Shown here: positions 19,000 through 28,004 of the stretch, in pieces
Position numbering within the stretch: position 1 is the first letter of the stretch
Layout of the letters: every line of letters starts with the position of its first letter
IMG/VR virus record: IMGVR_UViG_3300046007_008124
Span: 1 to 64,000 of that record
DNA from: a virus
DNA length: 64,000 nucleotides
Direction: 5' to 3' (one strand)
The notes under the pieces: generated by a model
Seen by the model: the letters and a program-made list of their open reading frames with translations, nothing else
What the model was told of the DNA's origin: nothing
Databases searched by the model: none
Position numbers and translations under genes: made by a program

Positions 19000-19724
19000 A
19001 TTATTATTTTATTGTATTTAAAGTCTTCACTTGATTGTGACCAAATTTTGACTAAATTATTTTTTTTATTCTCATAATAAGGATTACCATCAAAATATAA
19101 ATCCCAGGTTAAATGATAAGCCACATTTTTTGTCGTTTTAAAATATTTACCACCGTTTTTAACCGCTTTATTAAAAATATTCGTATCAATAAAATGAATA
19201 TTTTTAATTAAAAATAAAGTTTTATTAGTAAAAGTTAATAAATGTGCACCCGTTTTTCCAAATGTTGATGATGGTTCAATGTCGGACCTACTTTTCATAA
19301 AATCAATGTATGGTTGAATACCAACAACTCTATTAGGACCTTTGTTTAAATAACTGTTACCATGGTATAAACTAACACCACATACATAACATTCTGGGTC
19401 TTTGAAAGTTGATATTATTTCTTTAAATGTTTCTTTTATATCATATAAAAATAAATCACCATCAGTATAAGTAATAAAATCATATTCTGAAAGTAAATCA
19501 TAGTAATCTCTAACAAACACGTTTAACGCATTTGCCCCAGTATTCTTATTAAATTGAATATAACCAACTAACTTTTGGTTTGAGAAATATTCTTTGATTA
19601 AGTGTGAGTTTTCGGAATGATTTTCAACAACAAAAAAATCAGCGTCTGCTGTTTTTAATGAATCAAAAGAAGTTCTTATAATATCTAAATTTTCAAATGC
19701 TAAAAAAACTACAATATGCTTCAT
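18996..19724 (-). CDS. GT-A-like glycosyltransferase
   Basis: VVENHS, YTDGD (DxD), AYHLTW; sits in the GT cluster. Confidence 0.55.
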   Translation of the reverse strand: MKHIVVFLAFENLDIIRTSFDSLKTADADFFVVENHSENSHLIKEYFSNQKLVGYIQFNKNTGANALNVFVRDYYDLLSEYDFITYTDGDLFLYDIKETFKEIISTFKDPECYVCGVSLYHGNSYLNKGPNRVVGIQPYIDFMKSRSDIEPSSTFGKTGAHLLTFTNKTLFLIKNIHFIDTNIFNKAVKNGGKYFKTTKNVAYHLTWDLYFDGNPYYENKKNNLVKIWSQSSEDFKYNKIII

Positions 19725-20362
19725 TGTTTATAAATATCAAATTTAGATAAATCAGGATAAGGTAATTCTAGATCTTCATTATGTTTTGGGGTTCCGTCAA
19801 CATTGTAGAATTGATTCATTAATAACAAACCTCTTGTTGCTAACTCTGGCATCATATAATAATTCCACCCAATCATATCAAAGTAATCATCATGATATGA
19901 ACATTCTCGCCTTCCACTATATCTAGCTCTTTTAAACCACAAATAAGCATCATAATCATCAGTTAATATTGCACCTCCTTTTGATAGTTTAAAATGTTTG
20001 TATGGTCCAGTAAATGAAATACACATATGTGTATTTTTTTTATACATATTATGTGTAAATGATAACGCCGAATCCCAAACATTACTACCAACTAAATTAT
20101 AAGACCCTTTTATTGTTTTCCCTTCAACTTCATAAAAATCAACTTTTAATCCTGCGTGTATTATTTCACAAGGAACTGAAGGATATGTCCTAGAAGGAAT
20201 AGTAATTTTTTCACCAATACTTTTTTTAATGTTTTTTTCATAATATAATGAAAGAAAAAGTGCGTTACTTTGGTTATCAACCGTAATTACATACGGCGCT
20301 CCAGTATAATCAGATAAAGATTTTTCAAAATCCTCTGTTATTTTATAAATTCCATTTGCCAT
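19721..20362 (-). CDS. DegT/DnrJ/EryC1/StrS PLP-dependent sugar aminotransferase (short form)
   Basis: FEKSLSDYTGAPY, IPSRTYPSVP, WDSA, SFTGPYKH...GGAILTDD, GWNYYM; the ATG at 20362 abuts the upstream stop. Confidence 0.85.
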   Translation of the reverse strand: MANGIYKITEDFEKSLSDYTGAPYVITVDNQSNALFLSLYYEKNIKKSIGEKITIPSRTYPSVPCEIIHAGLKVDFYEVEGKTIKGSYNLVGSNVWDSALSFTHNMYKKNTHMCISFTGPYKHFKLSKGGAILTDDYDAYLWFKRARYSGRRECSYHDDYFDMIGWNYYMMPELATRGLLLMNQFYNVDGTPKHNEDLELPYPDLSKFDIYKQ

Positions 20363-20363
20363 A

Positions 20364-21038
20364 TTATCCCCATTTATTTTTAAAGTTAATTCCCAAACCA
20401 TCAGTCATTTCATATTTTTTTTCTTTTTCAATTAAACCGTGACTACGACTTAATAAATGAGTTACTTTTGAATTAGTTATTAATCCATGTTTTATTTTAT
20501 TTTCAATTAAACAATTGGCATAATCATTGTCTTGATACCAAAATGTAAATTGTTCGTCAAAACCACCAATTTTTTCAATAACAGATTTATGAACAAGTAT
20601 TGACCAACCTGTTACTTCATATGAAGTTCTATATCCATAATATATGTGTATTTTTTGATCAAAAGGTTTGTGTCTAAACCAAGTATCATCCATTGGTGAC
20701 ATAGAAAGTAGTTCGTTATCAAATTGATTTGCAACCAACATATTTTCTAAAAAATTTTTATGATAAATTGTGTCGTTGTTTGATATTAAAATCCAGTCAC
20801 TCACACATTCTTTAAGACCAATATTTAAAAATTTATTATAATTAAATTTAATACCTGGTTGGATTACTTTAACATTTTCTTGTGAGTATTTATATTCTTT
20901 TTCTGAATCTGTCTCAACTAAAATAATATTAAATTTATGAGTACTTGAACTTGAATTTAAACTATCAATACAATCATTATTCATTTTAAGTATTGAATCG
21001 TTTTTTGCGTAACTTAAAATTATAACATCTATTGTCAT
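20364..21038 (-). CDS. glycosyltransferase family 2
   Basis: VIILSY, NIGLKE, ISNNDT, IGGFDEQF.FWYQDND. Confidence 0.85.
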   Translation of the reverse strand: MTIDVIILSYAKNDSILKMNNDCIDSLNSSSSTHKFNIILVETDSEKEYKYSQENVKVIQPGIKFNYNKFLNIGLKECVSDWILISNNDTIYHKNFLENMLVANQFDNELLSMSPMDDTWFRHKPFDQKIHIYYGYRTSYEVTGWSILVHKSVIEKIGGFDEQFTFWYQDNDYANCLIENKIKHGLITNSKVTHLLSRSHGLIEKEKKYEMTDGLGINFKNKWG

Positions 21039-22561
21039 TATCTTTTATTGTATAAGTAATTTATAATATTATAAACAGATTGTTGGTTAAGTAAAGGAGT
21101 TTCTGTTGGTAATACACCGTGTTTCTTTTTATAATGTTCAGTTCCTCTTTTATAATTTTCATTCCATTCTGGAGTTCTAGCAATAGTACTTTCTTGAATT
21201 GAGTTCGGTATGTCACTCAAATACTCCCAACTATTTTCAATGTCCGCAAAATACCAGAAAGGTGGGTGAAAATTATTTTTTATTGTTTGAAATGTGTGTT
21301 CTACGTGTTCCCAAGCATTTTTAAACATTGGGTCAAATAGACCAATTTTATCTAAAACAGATTTGTGGTAGTAAGAAAATGCACCAACACAATTTGGGTA
21401 TAATACAATTTTTTTACCTTCCGGATATGGAATAATCATTCTTGGATTTGGTTCACTATCAACATCTTTTCTATCTTCAAGAGTTTTAAATCCGGTTGAT
21501 CCCTTTTTATTTGCTGGTCCGTGAAGGGCAAAATTAAGATGTTTTATTCCTGAAATAACAGAATGTTTAATATATTCTTCAAAAACTTTTTCATCTTTAA
21601 TTAAAATATCATCCTCCATTAAAAATATGTGTTCACATCCTTGGTCTAATAGATATTGCATTGCCGAATTTTTTGCGGCACCAACAGACATATTTGTTTC
21701 GTGTTGGATGAGGTGAGCTTGTTCCGGATAAGATGAATTATCATACGGTGTTCCGTCATTTACAATAACAAAATGTTTCATCCAATTTGGTACCGTAAAT
21801 GCACTTTGTTTTATTCTGTGTTCAGCGTTATAAGTTGTCATACCAATACCAACCTTATCAATATCAAAAAACATTTTTTCTTCTAATGTACGATTATTTG
21901 ATAACCTAACTGGAAGTTTGTCTTTGTATTTTTCTTCAAACTGAATTTTATTATCTTCCCATTGTTGGTTAGTTTGACCAATTGACATATGTGTAACTCT
22001 AATTTGAGTTGTAACTGCTAACTTAACTCCGTTTAAATAATTCTCAAAACAAAATGGAATCTCATAAAAATGAAATCCTTTAAATGATTCGTCAAAATTA
22101 TTTTTAATTTTTGTTTTGTTAACAGCAAAAAATAAACCATCTAAAACAACAACTTCTTTTAATTTATTTCCTTGGTCCGGAGAATAAGTGTTTGTCCATT
22201 TTTTACCTTCGTGTTTGTGTGAAACAATACCTGTCATTGATTCTTTTAATGTCCACCAACGACCATCAATTAAATCTGTTGTCCCAGCAATTCCAATTAT
22301 ACCAAACTCTGGATTTTTATTAAAAAGTTTTAATAATTTTTCACCCCAATTATTTGTGTCAAACTCAATATCATCGTGACAGAAAACCACAATATTATTT
22401 TGAGCTTCATTTAATATTTCATTATAAACTTCGGCCAAACCTTTATCTCCGGTGTTAACCTTTTCAATAACCTCAAATTTTTTATTACCACCACAAGTTT
22501 TTTTGTAGTAGTCAATTAAAGTTGGGTTATGTTCCCTTGTTGAATATCCTATTGTAATCAT
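21038..22561 (-). CDS. two-domain GT-A glycosyltransferase
   Basis: N-domain VFCHDDI, VVVLDGLF, FDE.F.GFHFY; C-domain IVNDG, VGAAKN, LMEDD, GLFDP. Confidence 0.8.
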   Translation of the reverse strand: MITIGYSTREHNPTLIDYYKKTCGGNKKFEVIEKVNTGDKGLAEVYNEILNEAQNNIVVFCHDDIEFDTNNWGEKLLKLFNKNPEFGIIGIAGTTDLIDGRWWTLKESMTGIVSHKHEGKKWTNTYSPDQGNKLKEVVVLDGLFFAVNKTKIKNNFDESFKGFHFYEIPFCFENYLNGVKLAVTTQIRVTHMSIGQTNQQWEDNKIQFEEKYKDKLPVRLSNNRTLEEKMFFDIDKVGIGMTTYNAEHRIKQSAFTVPNWMKHFVIVNDGTPYDNSSYPEQAHLIQHETNMSVGAAKNSAMQYLLDQGCEHIFLMEDDILIKDEKVFEEYIKHSVISGIKHLNFALHGPANKKGSTGFKTLEDRKDVDSEPNPRMIIPYPEGKKIVLYPNCVGAFSYYHKSVLDKIGLFDPMFKNAWEHVEHTFQTIKNNFHPPFWYFADIENSWEYLSDIPNSIQESTIARTPEWNENYKRGTEHYKKKHGVLPTETPLLNQQSVYNIINYLYNKR

Positions 22562-23166
22562 ATACCTGTACTACCAAAACCATTATCGGATCTATCCTTA
22601 CTTTCAACATTTGTAACCTCAACTAATTCAAGCCATTTGCCGCAAACAACAGGACTAACAACGCCTTGTGCTACTTTTTGTCCTTTTTCAATTTTAATTG
22701 TATCTTTTGTTGTATTAAATAAAATTACTTTAATCTCACCGGTATACCCTTGATCTACAGTTCCTGGTGAATTTAAAACCATAAGACCTTGTTTTAGTGC
22801 TAAACCACTTTTTGACCTTACTTGTATTTCATAACCATCTGGAATATCAAAATGTAATCCAGTTGGGGCAAGCGCCCTACCAAACGGTCCGATAATTAAT
22901 TCTTCTGTTGAATATAAATCAAACCCTGAATCTGTTGGGTATGCGTACTCCGGAAAAATAGCATCTTCATTTGATTTTGAATACTGTAACGGCATTGTTG
23001 GTTGAAACGCGTCCATATCGGCTGACAACTGATTGATGTCCAAACCAAATTCAGAAAAGATTGAGTTATAATCCTCTTGATTTATATCTTCCACTTCAGG
23101 CGCATCACCAAACAAATTTTCAATTTCAGCTAGTTGTTTTTTTAAATCTTCTAAATTTTCTTCCAT
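22558..23166 (-). CDS. dut: trimeric dUTPase with acidic N-terminal extension
   Basis: SGFDL, RSKSGLA, GTVDQGYTGE, RSDNGFGSTG. Confidence 0.95.
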   Translation of the reverse strand: MEENLEDLKKQLAEIENLFGDAPEVEDINQEDYNSIFSEFGLDINQLSADMDAFQPTMPLQYSKSNEDAIFPEYAYPTDSGFDLYSTEELIIGPFGRALAPTGLHFDIPDGYEIQVRSKSGLALKQGLMVLNSPGTVDQGYTGEIKVILFNTTKDTIKIEKGQKVAQGVVSPVVCGKWLELVEVTNVESKDRSDNGFGSTGI

Positions 23167-23885
23167 TATTCTAAACTTTTTAATTTCATTATGGTGTCAA
23201 TTAATACATTGACATCCTTTTCACAGTATTCTGTGATTTCTTTTATTTTTTGTTCTTCCCAGTATGCTTTATGAACATTTACACCAGTGATTTCACCATC
23301 TTTTGGTGTTGGTATATCAAGACAAGAGCATAACAAGTCTAATGACCCAATTGACGTATACGAACCATATTGCCAGATTTCTTTTGTATCAATTGCTTTT
23401 ATTTCCCAAGGTTTTGTATCATAAGATGGGAGAATTTTTGATGGACGTATTCCATTTATAATCATTCTTTTTGCAAGCATTGGAATATCAAAATTCTTTA
23501 GATTGTGTCCACATAAAAAGAATCCAAGTTTTTCACAACGGTCCAAGAGTGTTCTTACTTCTTTTAGTAGTTTTTTCTCATCATCACCAAAAAAAGATTG
23601 TTTTTTTGTTTCACCATTGTCCAAAACAAAAGCAACTGATACGCAAACAATTTTTGCAAACTCTGGAACAAGTGCGGCTCTTTTTTTAAAAACTTCATTT
23701 TTCCATTCAGTTTCAGATTCTCCAATTGTGTTATCTTCTGGAAATCGTTTTAAAAACCAATCAAAATATTTGTGAAATTGTTCCGCAATTTGTGGACTAA
23801 ATCTTTCACAAGATTCAAAATCTGGACAACCACCAACGGTTTCAATATCTAAAAATAAAATTTTTGTTATAGGTATGTTTATCAT
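23166..23885 (-). CDS. PolB-like 3'-5' exonuclease (DEDDy)
   Basis: FLDIET, GHNLKNFDIP, YCEKDV. Confidence 0.85.
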   Translation of the reverse strand: MINIPITKILFLDIETVGGCPDFESCERFSPQIAEQFHKYFDWFLKRFPEDNTIGESETEWKNEVFKKRAALVPEFAKIVCVSVAFVLDNGETKKQSFFGDDEKKLLKEVRTLLDRCEKLGFFLCGHNLKNFDIPMLAKRMIINGIRPSKILPSYDTKPWEIKAIDTKEIWQYGSYTSIGSLDLLCSCLDIPTPKDGEITGVNVHKAYWEEQKIKEITEYCEKDVNVLIDTIMKLKSLE

Positions 23886-23886
23886 A

Positions 23887-25101
23887 TTATTTAATTAAAG
23901 ATTTGTAAAATTCTGCTCTTGTTTTAGTGACATTATTTAAATCGTATTTATCTTTTACGGTTTCGTATAATCTTTCACCAAGATCTGTAATCATATTTGG
24001 ATTATCAACTAATTTTTTAATGTTTTTATACCAATCACTGTGATTATTATGTTCATTAACAAGAAGGGCGTTTCCGTCTGTAAATTGACCATTTTTAAGT
24101 GCGTGTTTTAAATCAATAGTGTATGGACCAACATTTGACGCAATTAATGCTTTTTTATAAAACCCAGCTTCAATAACTTTAAGTTGGGATTTCATTCTAT
24201 TAAAAATATGGTTTTTAATTGGTGCTAACGAAATATCAAATTTTGAGTAGTTTTTAGCATAAGAGTTTACAGGTCTTGTCCAAACCCTAACATAATTTTC
24301 TTTTTCAACACCAGGATAATCATTTTCAACAAAAGTGTCTAAATATTCTTTATACTTTGGTGTTATAATATTGTAGTTTGCTGTAAAAATTTCCTCATAT
24401 TTAACCCAAACAGTTTCTTCTGGTTTAATTGTTCTTTGTGTTTTTTCACCAGTTTGTTTATTAATTTCTGTTACAGTTCCACGAATATCAAAACCACAAA
24501 CATAATATTGTAACTTATCTTGTACTTGTGATAATTTTGAAACCATACCGTCAAGTAATTTTAAATCGTGTAAGTGAGAAGAACCACCTAACCAACCAAT
24601 TCTAATTTTATCAGAAGGTAATGTTGGTTCATTAAATTGTGGGTCATTTGGGTCTACAGCATTTGGTAATACAATAACATTTTTATTGAATCTTTTAATT
24701 TCGTTTGCAAAAAGTTCTGTTGTTGTTGTCACATAATTACAAACTTTTAGATTTGCAACTATTTTTTCGTGAATTTTATTCTGAACAATAAGTTGGTGTA
24801 TTGGGTGTTCTTTTGTTGGTAACCAATAATCATCAATGTCACCAATTACAACAATACCAATTGACCTTAATTTTTTAATAAACTCAACCGAAGCATCATA
24901 ATCGGTTCCAATAATTCTATGAAAATGAACAATTTGATATTTTTTCCAAAATTCTAAATCGTTTATATTAACACTATATTCAATATCTACGTGGAACTCT
25001 TCCGGATATAAATTTTGTAACTTAACATGGGGGTCAACAGATCTAAATTTACCAACTCCACTACCATCTGATGGTAGTACTAAAACATTTATTTTACTCA
25101 T
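23887..25101 (-). CDS. GT-B glycosyltransferase (GT4-like)
   Basis: DIDD, VLPNAVD, IGWLGGSSH..DL, DISLAPI...FNRMKSQLKVIEAG. Confidence 0.8.
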   Translation of the reverse strand: MSKINVLVLPSDGSGVGKFRSVDPHVKLQNLYPEEFHVDIEYSVNINDLEFWKKYQIVHFHRIIGTDYDASVEFIKKLRSIGIVVIGDIDDYWLPTKEHPIHQLIVQNKIHEKIVANLKVCNYVTTTTELFANEIKRFNKNVIVLPNAVDPNDPQFNEPTLPSDKIRIGWLGGSSHLHDLKLLDGMVSKLSQVQDKLQYYVCGFDIRGTVTEINKQTGEKTQRTIKPEETVWVKYEEIFTANYNIITPKYKEYLDTFVENDYPGVEKENYVRVWTRPVNSYAKNYSKFDISLAPIKNHIFNRMKSQLKVIEAGFYKKALIASNVGPYTIDLKHALKNGQFTDGNALLVNEHNNHSDWYKNIKKLVDNPNMITDLGERLYETVKDKYDLNNVTKTRAEFYKSLIK

Positions 25102-25153
25102 TTAATAATTTTTATTTAAAATATATCAAACTACATTTTAAATATCAATATAT

Positions 25154-25193
25154 AAAAAAACAAAAAATCCCCCCAATTAATTTTGAGAGGACT
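25154..25193 (-). terminator. probable intrinsic terminator
   Basis: Minus-strand AGTCCTCTCAA/TTGGGGGGATT stem (with GU pairs) followed by a U tract, downstream of 25217..25792. Confidence 0.6.
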
Positions 25194-25216
25194 TTACTTT
25201 ATCGATGACACTTAAA

Positions 25217-25792
25217 TTATTTTGCTATTTTTTTTATCTTTGTTACTCTACCTTCAAAGATATGTTGACCAACTCTAAATTTAAACTGATCGTTTGATTT
25301 TGTTTCTGATTCTGTTAATAAACCATTTTCTCTTAAAACATCTTCTACTGTTTCTCTAACAATTTGCCTAATATCATTATTTGATTGTTTAGGGATTGAT
25401 TTTTGTTTTGGTATATTAGAATTCTCTTCACTAACATTATTATTCATTAATCTTGACGCTCTCTCAACTAAATCATTACTTAACCCAACACCAGAATGTA
25501 CACCCATTGTTGGTTGATCAATTGGGTGTTCAATCATTAATCTTTTAATTTCATCAGGTAATTTTGAATTTAAAATTCTATCTTTTGTTGGTATTTCTGT
25601 GTTATATTGTTTTGGTGTTGCTTCTTGAAGGAATTCTTGTGGTAAATTATAAGTTGCATTTGGTGTTTGGAACTGTTGTAACTCAGGTACATTAGGTATA
25701 TTCTTAGCCTGACCCCTATCCATATTATTGTGTTTATCCATTATTTTTTTGGATATTAATAATTTGTTAATTAAATCTTGTTCTGAATTCAT
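25217..25792 (-). CDS. hypothetical protein
   Basis: 191 aa; IRQIVRETVEDVLRE helix and LTE site. Confidence 0.65.
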   Translation of the reverse strand: MNSEQDLINKLLISKKIMDKHNNMDRGQAKNIPNVPELQQFQTPNATYNLPQEFLQEATPKQYNTEIPTKDRILNSKLPDEIKRLMIEHPIDQPTMGVHSGVGLSNDLVERASRLMNNNVSEENSNIPKQKSIPKQSNNDIRQIVRETVEDVLRENGLLTESETKSNDQFKFRVGQHIFEGRVTKIKKIAK

Positions 25793-26205
25793 ATTTCTTC
25801 TATATTTTGTTCTTCTGGTCTATTATCAAAGACCGCGTTAATTATTACTCTTGTCATACTTTTATCACCATTTGGGTTATAACCAGGTCTAACTTCATTA
25901 AAGTTTTCCATAGTTGGTTTATAATTTATTATTTTATCAACTCTAAACATTCTCCAACTAGGCAATGGTTTTTTACCCAAATACGCTCTATGTGACGCAC
26001 CCTCAACATCCCAAGCTCTCAATACTGGGTTTCCAGCTTTACTATAACCATAACAAACAGGTTCAATAATTCTTAATCCTTTTCCTCCTGGTTCATCACC
26101 ATCATAATAAACAATAACCCTTCGTTTTTTTTTAATAGAATCTACGATAGCATCAATAGAAGCTACTTCAACAATAAGGTCTTTTAATGTATTGTAAAGT
26201 TTCAT
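25789..26205 (-). CDS. stand-alone WYL-domain protein
   Basis: VIVYY...RIIEPVCYG...VLRAW...WRMFRVDKI. Confidence 0.75.
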   Translation of the reverse strand: MKLYNTLKDLIVEVASIDAIVDSIKKKRRVIVYYDGDEPGGKGLRIIEPVCYGYSKAGNPVLRAWDVEGASHRAYLGKKPLPSWRMFRVDKIINYKPTMENFNEVRPGYNPNGDKSMTRVIINAVFDNRPEEQNIEEI

Positions 26206-26492
26206 TAAGCTGTTGGTGTGGTATAAGGTTTGTCTCTTTGATATTCGTTAATTTTAATTTCATTGATTCTTTCAATTATGTCAATAGAAGAACCACCATT
26301 TGCTGTATCAAGAAAACCACCGGTACCTTTACCTTGTTCATCACCATCAGAAATAGCATCTTTATTTGTTGCAGAATAAGGGTTAACAGCTTTGTAATCG
26401 TTTTTTGGAATCAACCTATTTCTTTGTTGTTCACCCACCATACCCAACTCATTCATTGGTTGGCTAAAATCTAATCTTTCACTTACTGGCAT
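26205..26492 (-). CDS. hypothetical protein
   Basis: 95-aa ORF coupled to the WYL gene. Confidence 0.6.
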   Translation of the reverse strand: MPVSERLDFSQPMNELGMVGEQQRNRLIPKNDYKAVNPYSATNKDAISDGDEQGKGTGGFLDTANGGSSIDIIERINEIKINEYQRDKPYTTPTA

Positions 26493-26493
26493 T

Positions 26494-26964
26494 TTAAATT
26501 ATTTTTTTAATTAAATCGTTTATCCTTACTATACTTTCTTGTATTTTAAGGTCATCCACTTGACTTTTGTGTTCTTGTGAGGGTCTATTTAAATCTGCTA
26601 ACCAACCCATATCATCAATTAATTGTTGATTAACATCATCTGGCATATACTCTCTATTTATCTGTTGGGTTTGTTCATCACCTCTTCTTAATGAATCCAA
26701 AGTTTGGTCCACCCAATTTCTCATATAATCACCACCGTTTAATATAAACGGAGCATCTTCTTTATTTCCATTGTAGTTATCAAAATAATTTTTAATTCTA
26801 CCCAACTGTTGATATGTTACTTGACCATTTGTTCTTAAATCAGTATTTCTATTGTGACCTTCAACCGATGAATCAGAATTAGGTACCTGTTGAAAACACA
26901 CTGTAAGGTGGTCAATCATTTCTTTTGGTATTTGAATTATTTTTCCGTAAAGACTACTATTCAC
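26494..26964 (-). CDS. hypothetical protein
   Basis: 156 aa; ends IQESIVRINDLIKKII. Confidence 0.65.
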   Translation of the reverse strand: MNSSLYGKIIQIPKEMIDHLTVCFQQVPNSDSSVEGHNRNTDLRTNGQVTYQQLGRIKNYFDNYNGNKEDAPFILNGGDYMRNWVDQTLDSLRRGDEQTQQINREYMPDDVNQQLIDDMGWLADLNRPSQEHKSQVDDLKIQESIVRINDLIKKII

Positions 26965-27934
26965 CGCTCTTTAAGTATTTTACAAGTTTATCAATACTAA
27001 TACCTTCTTTCTCTGCAATAGCTCTAATTGACTCTAAATTTTTTTTAATTATTTTCCCAACTACATTTCCTTCGGTTTCTTTTTTTATTACATCAGTATC
27101 TTTTTTCTTTTTTGTTAATAAAATTTCATCAAGAAGATGATTCATTTTTTGTTCTTCCAATTCAGATAATCTTCTTTTTGTAAAACAATTTTTACATCTA
27201 CCTCTTTTTTTTTCTTGTTTTAATTCTTTATCCAATTTTTTGTCAAAACCAAATGATTTACATCTTTCATCTCTTTCTAAAAATTCATCAATACCCATAT
27301 CTTTCATTGTACCCATACAATCTTTATAAGATTTATCATCTTCTGTTTCGTCATAGGCAAAAGCATCTGAATAATCAACTTCGTCAATAATGTTATCACC
27401 TTTATCTTCAGATTCACCATAATAAACTCTAATAAACGGCCACTGACTTGTTCTGGTCATTCTTGTTGTTTGATCCAAAGTTTTATGTGGGTGCATATTT
27501 TGTTGAAGTATTGGAATATTTGAACCTAAAAAACTACCGTCGCTATCAACTAACTCGTCTAATTCTCCATCCGGTTTATTAGGTTCTTCTTTTTCATATT
27601 TTTTAGGTACTTTACTATTAAGTTTTATTCCTAATTTTTCACCTAATTTAATAATGAATGGTGTTGCAATTGTTGAACCTGGAAATATTTGAAAAGCAAT
27701 TAAAGGTAATATTTTTAAAATATCTGCAGACTGATCTTTTATAAATTTTTTATCTTCATCCGACAATTCAAAATCTTTATCTTTTAAATAATCTTTTGCT
27801 GCGGACATTACTATTCTAACTAAAAGTCTAGTCTCTTTAAATTCTTTAACCACAGTGTCTTTATATTTCTTTAATTCCGAAGTAATATCAGAGATACTAT
27901 TTTTTTTCAAACCTATTTTGTTTTTATTTTCCAT
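26957..27934 (-). CDS. protein with LETM1-like N-terminal region
   Basis: ELSDEDKKFIKDQSADILKILPLIAFQIFPGSTIATPFIIK resembles the LETM1/Mdm38 pattern (helix then Pro-containing hydrophobic segment). Confidence 0.55.
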   Translation of the reverse strand: MENKNKIGLKKNSISDITSELKKYKDTVVKEFKETRLLVRIVMSAAKDYLKDKDFELSDEDKKFIKDQSADILKILPLIAFQIFPGSTIATPFIIKLGEKLGIKLNSKVPKKYEKEEPNKPDGELDELVDSDGSFLGSNIPILQQNMHPHKTLDQTTRMTRTSQWPFIRVYYGESEDKGDNIIDEVDYSDAFAYDETEDDKSYKDCMGTMKDMGIDEFLERDERCKSFGFDKKLDKELKQEKKRGRCKNCFTKRRLSELEEQKMNHLLDEILLTKKKKDTDVIKKETEGNVVGKIIKKNLESIRAIAEKEGISIDKLVKYLKSGE

Positions 27935-27966
27935 TTTAATATTAAATTCTATTTTGGCTTTTTAAT

Positions 27967-27993
27967 ATAAATACTTTGATATGTAGTATTTAT
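27967..27993. promoter_or_regulatory. divergent pair of TATTTAT motifs (putative phage late promoters) at the strand switch
   Basis: ATAAATA 27967-27973 (minus) and TATTTAT 27987-27993 (plus). Same motif at 2761, 8755(-), 12806(-), 30984, 43691(-), 44250, 51273, 54215, 61395 and 63695(-). Confidence 0.7.
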
Positions 27994-28004
27994 CTATAAA
28001 AGAA

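Noticed and set aside
20363-20401. Upstream start of the aminotransferase given in the ORF track
   Set aside because: It overlaps the preceding GT2 gene; the ATG at 20362 sits right after that stop and begins the recognisable sequence.
13563-25101. Host chromosomal LPS/capsule locus
   Set aside because: No flippase, polymerase or export genes; the GTs are interleaved with a phage sigma, PhoH, dUTPase and baseplate genes.
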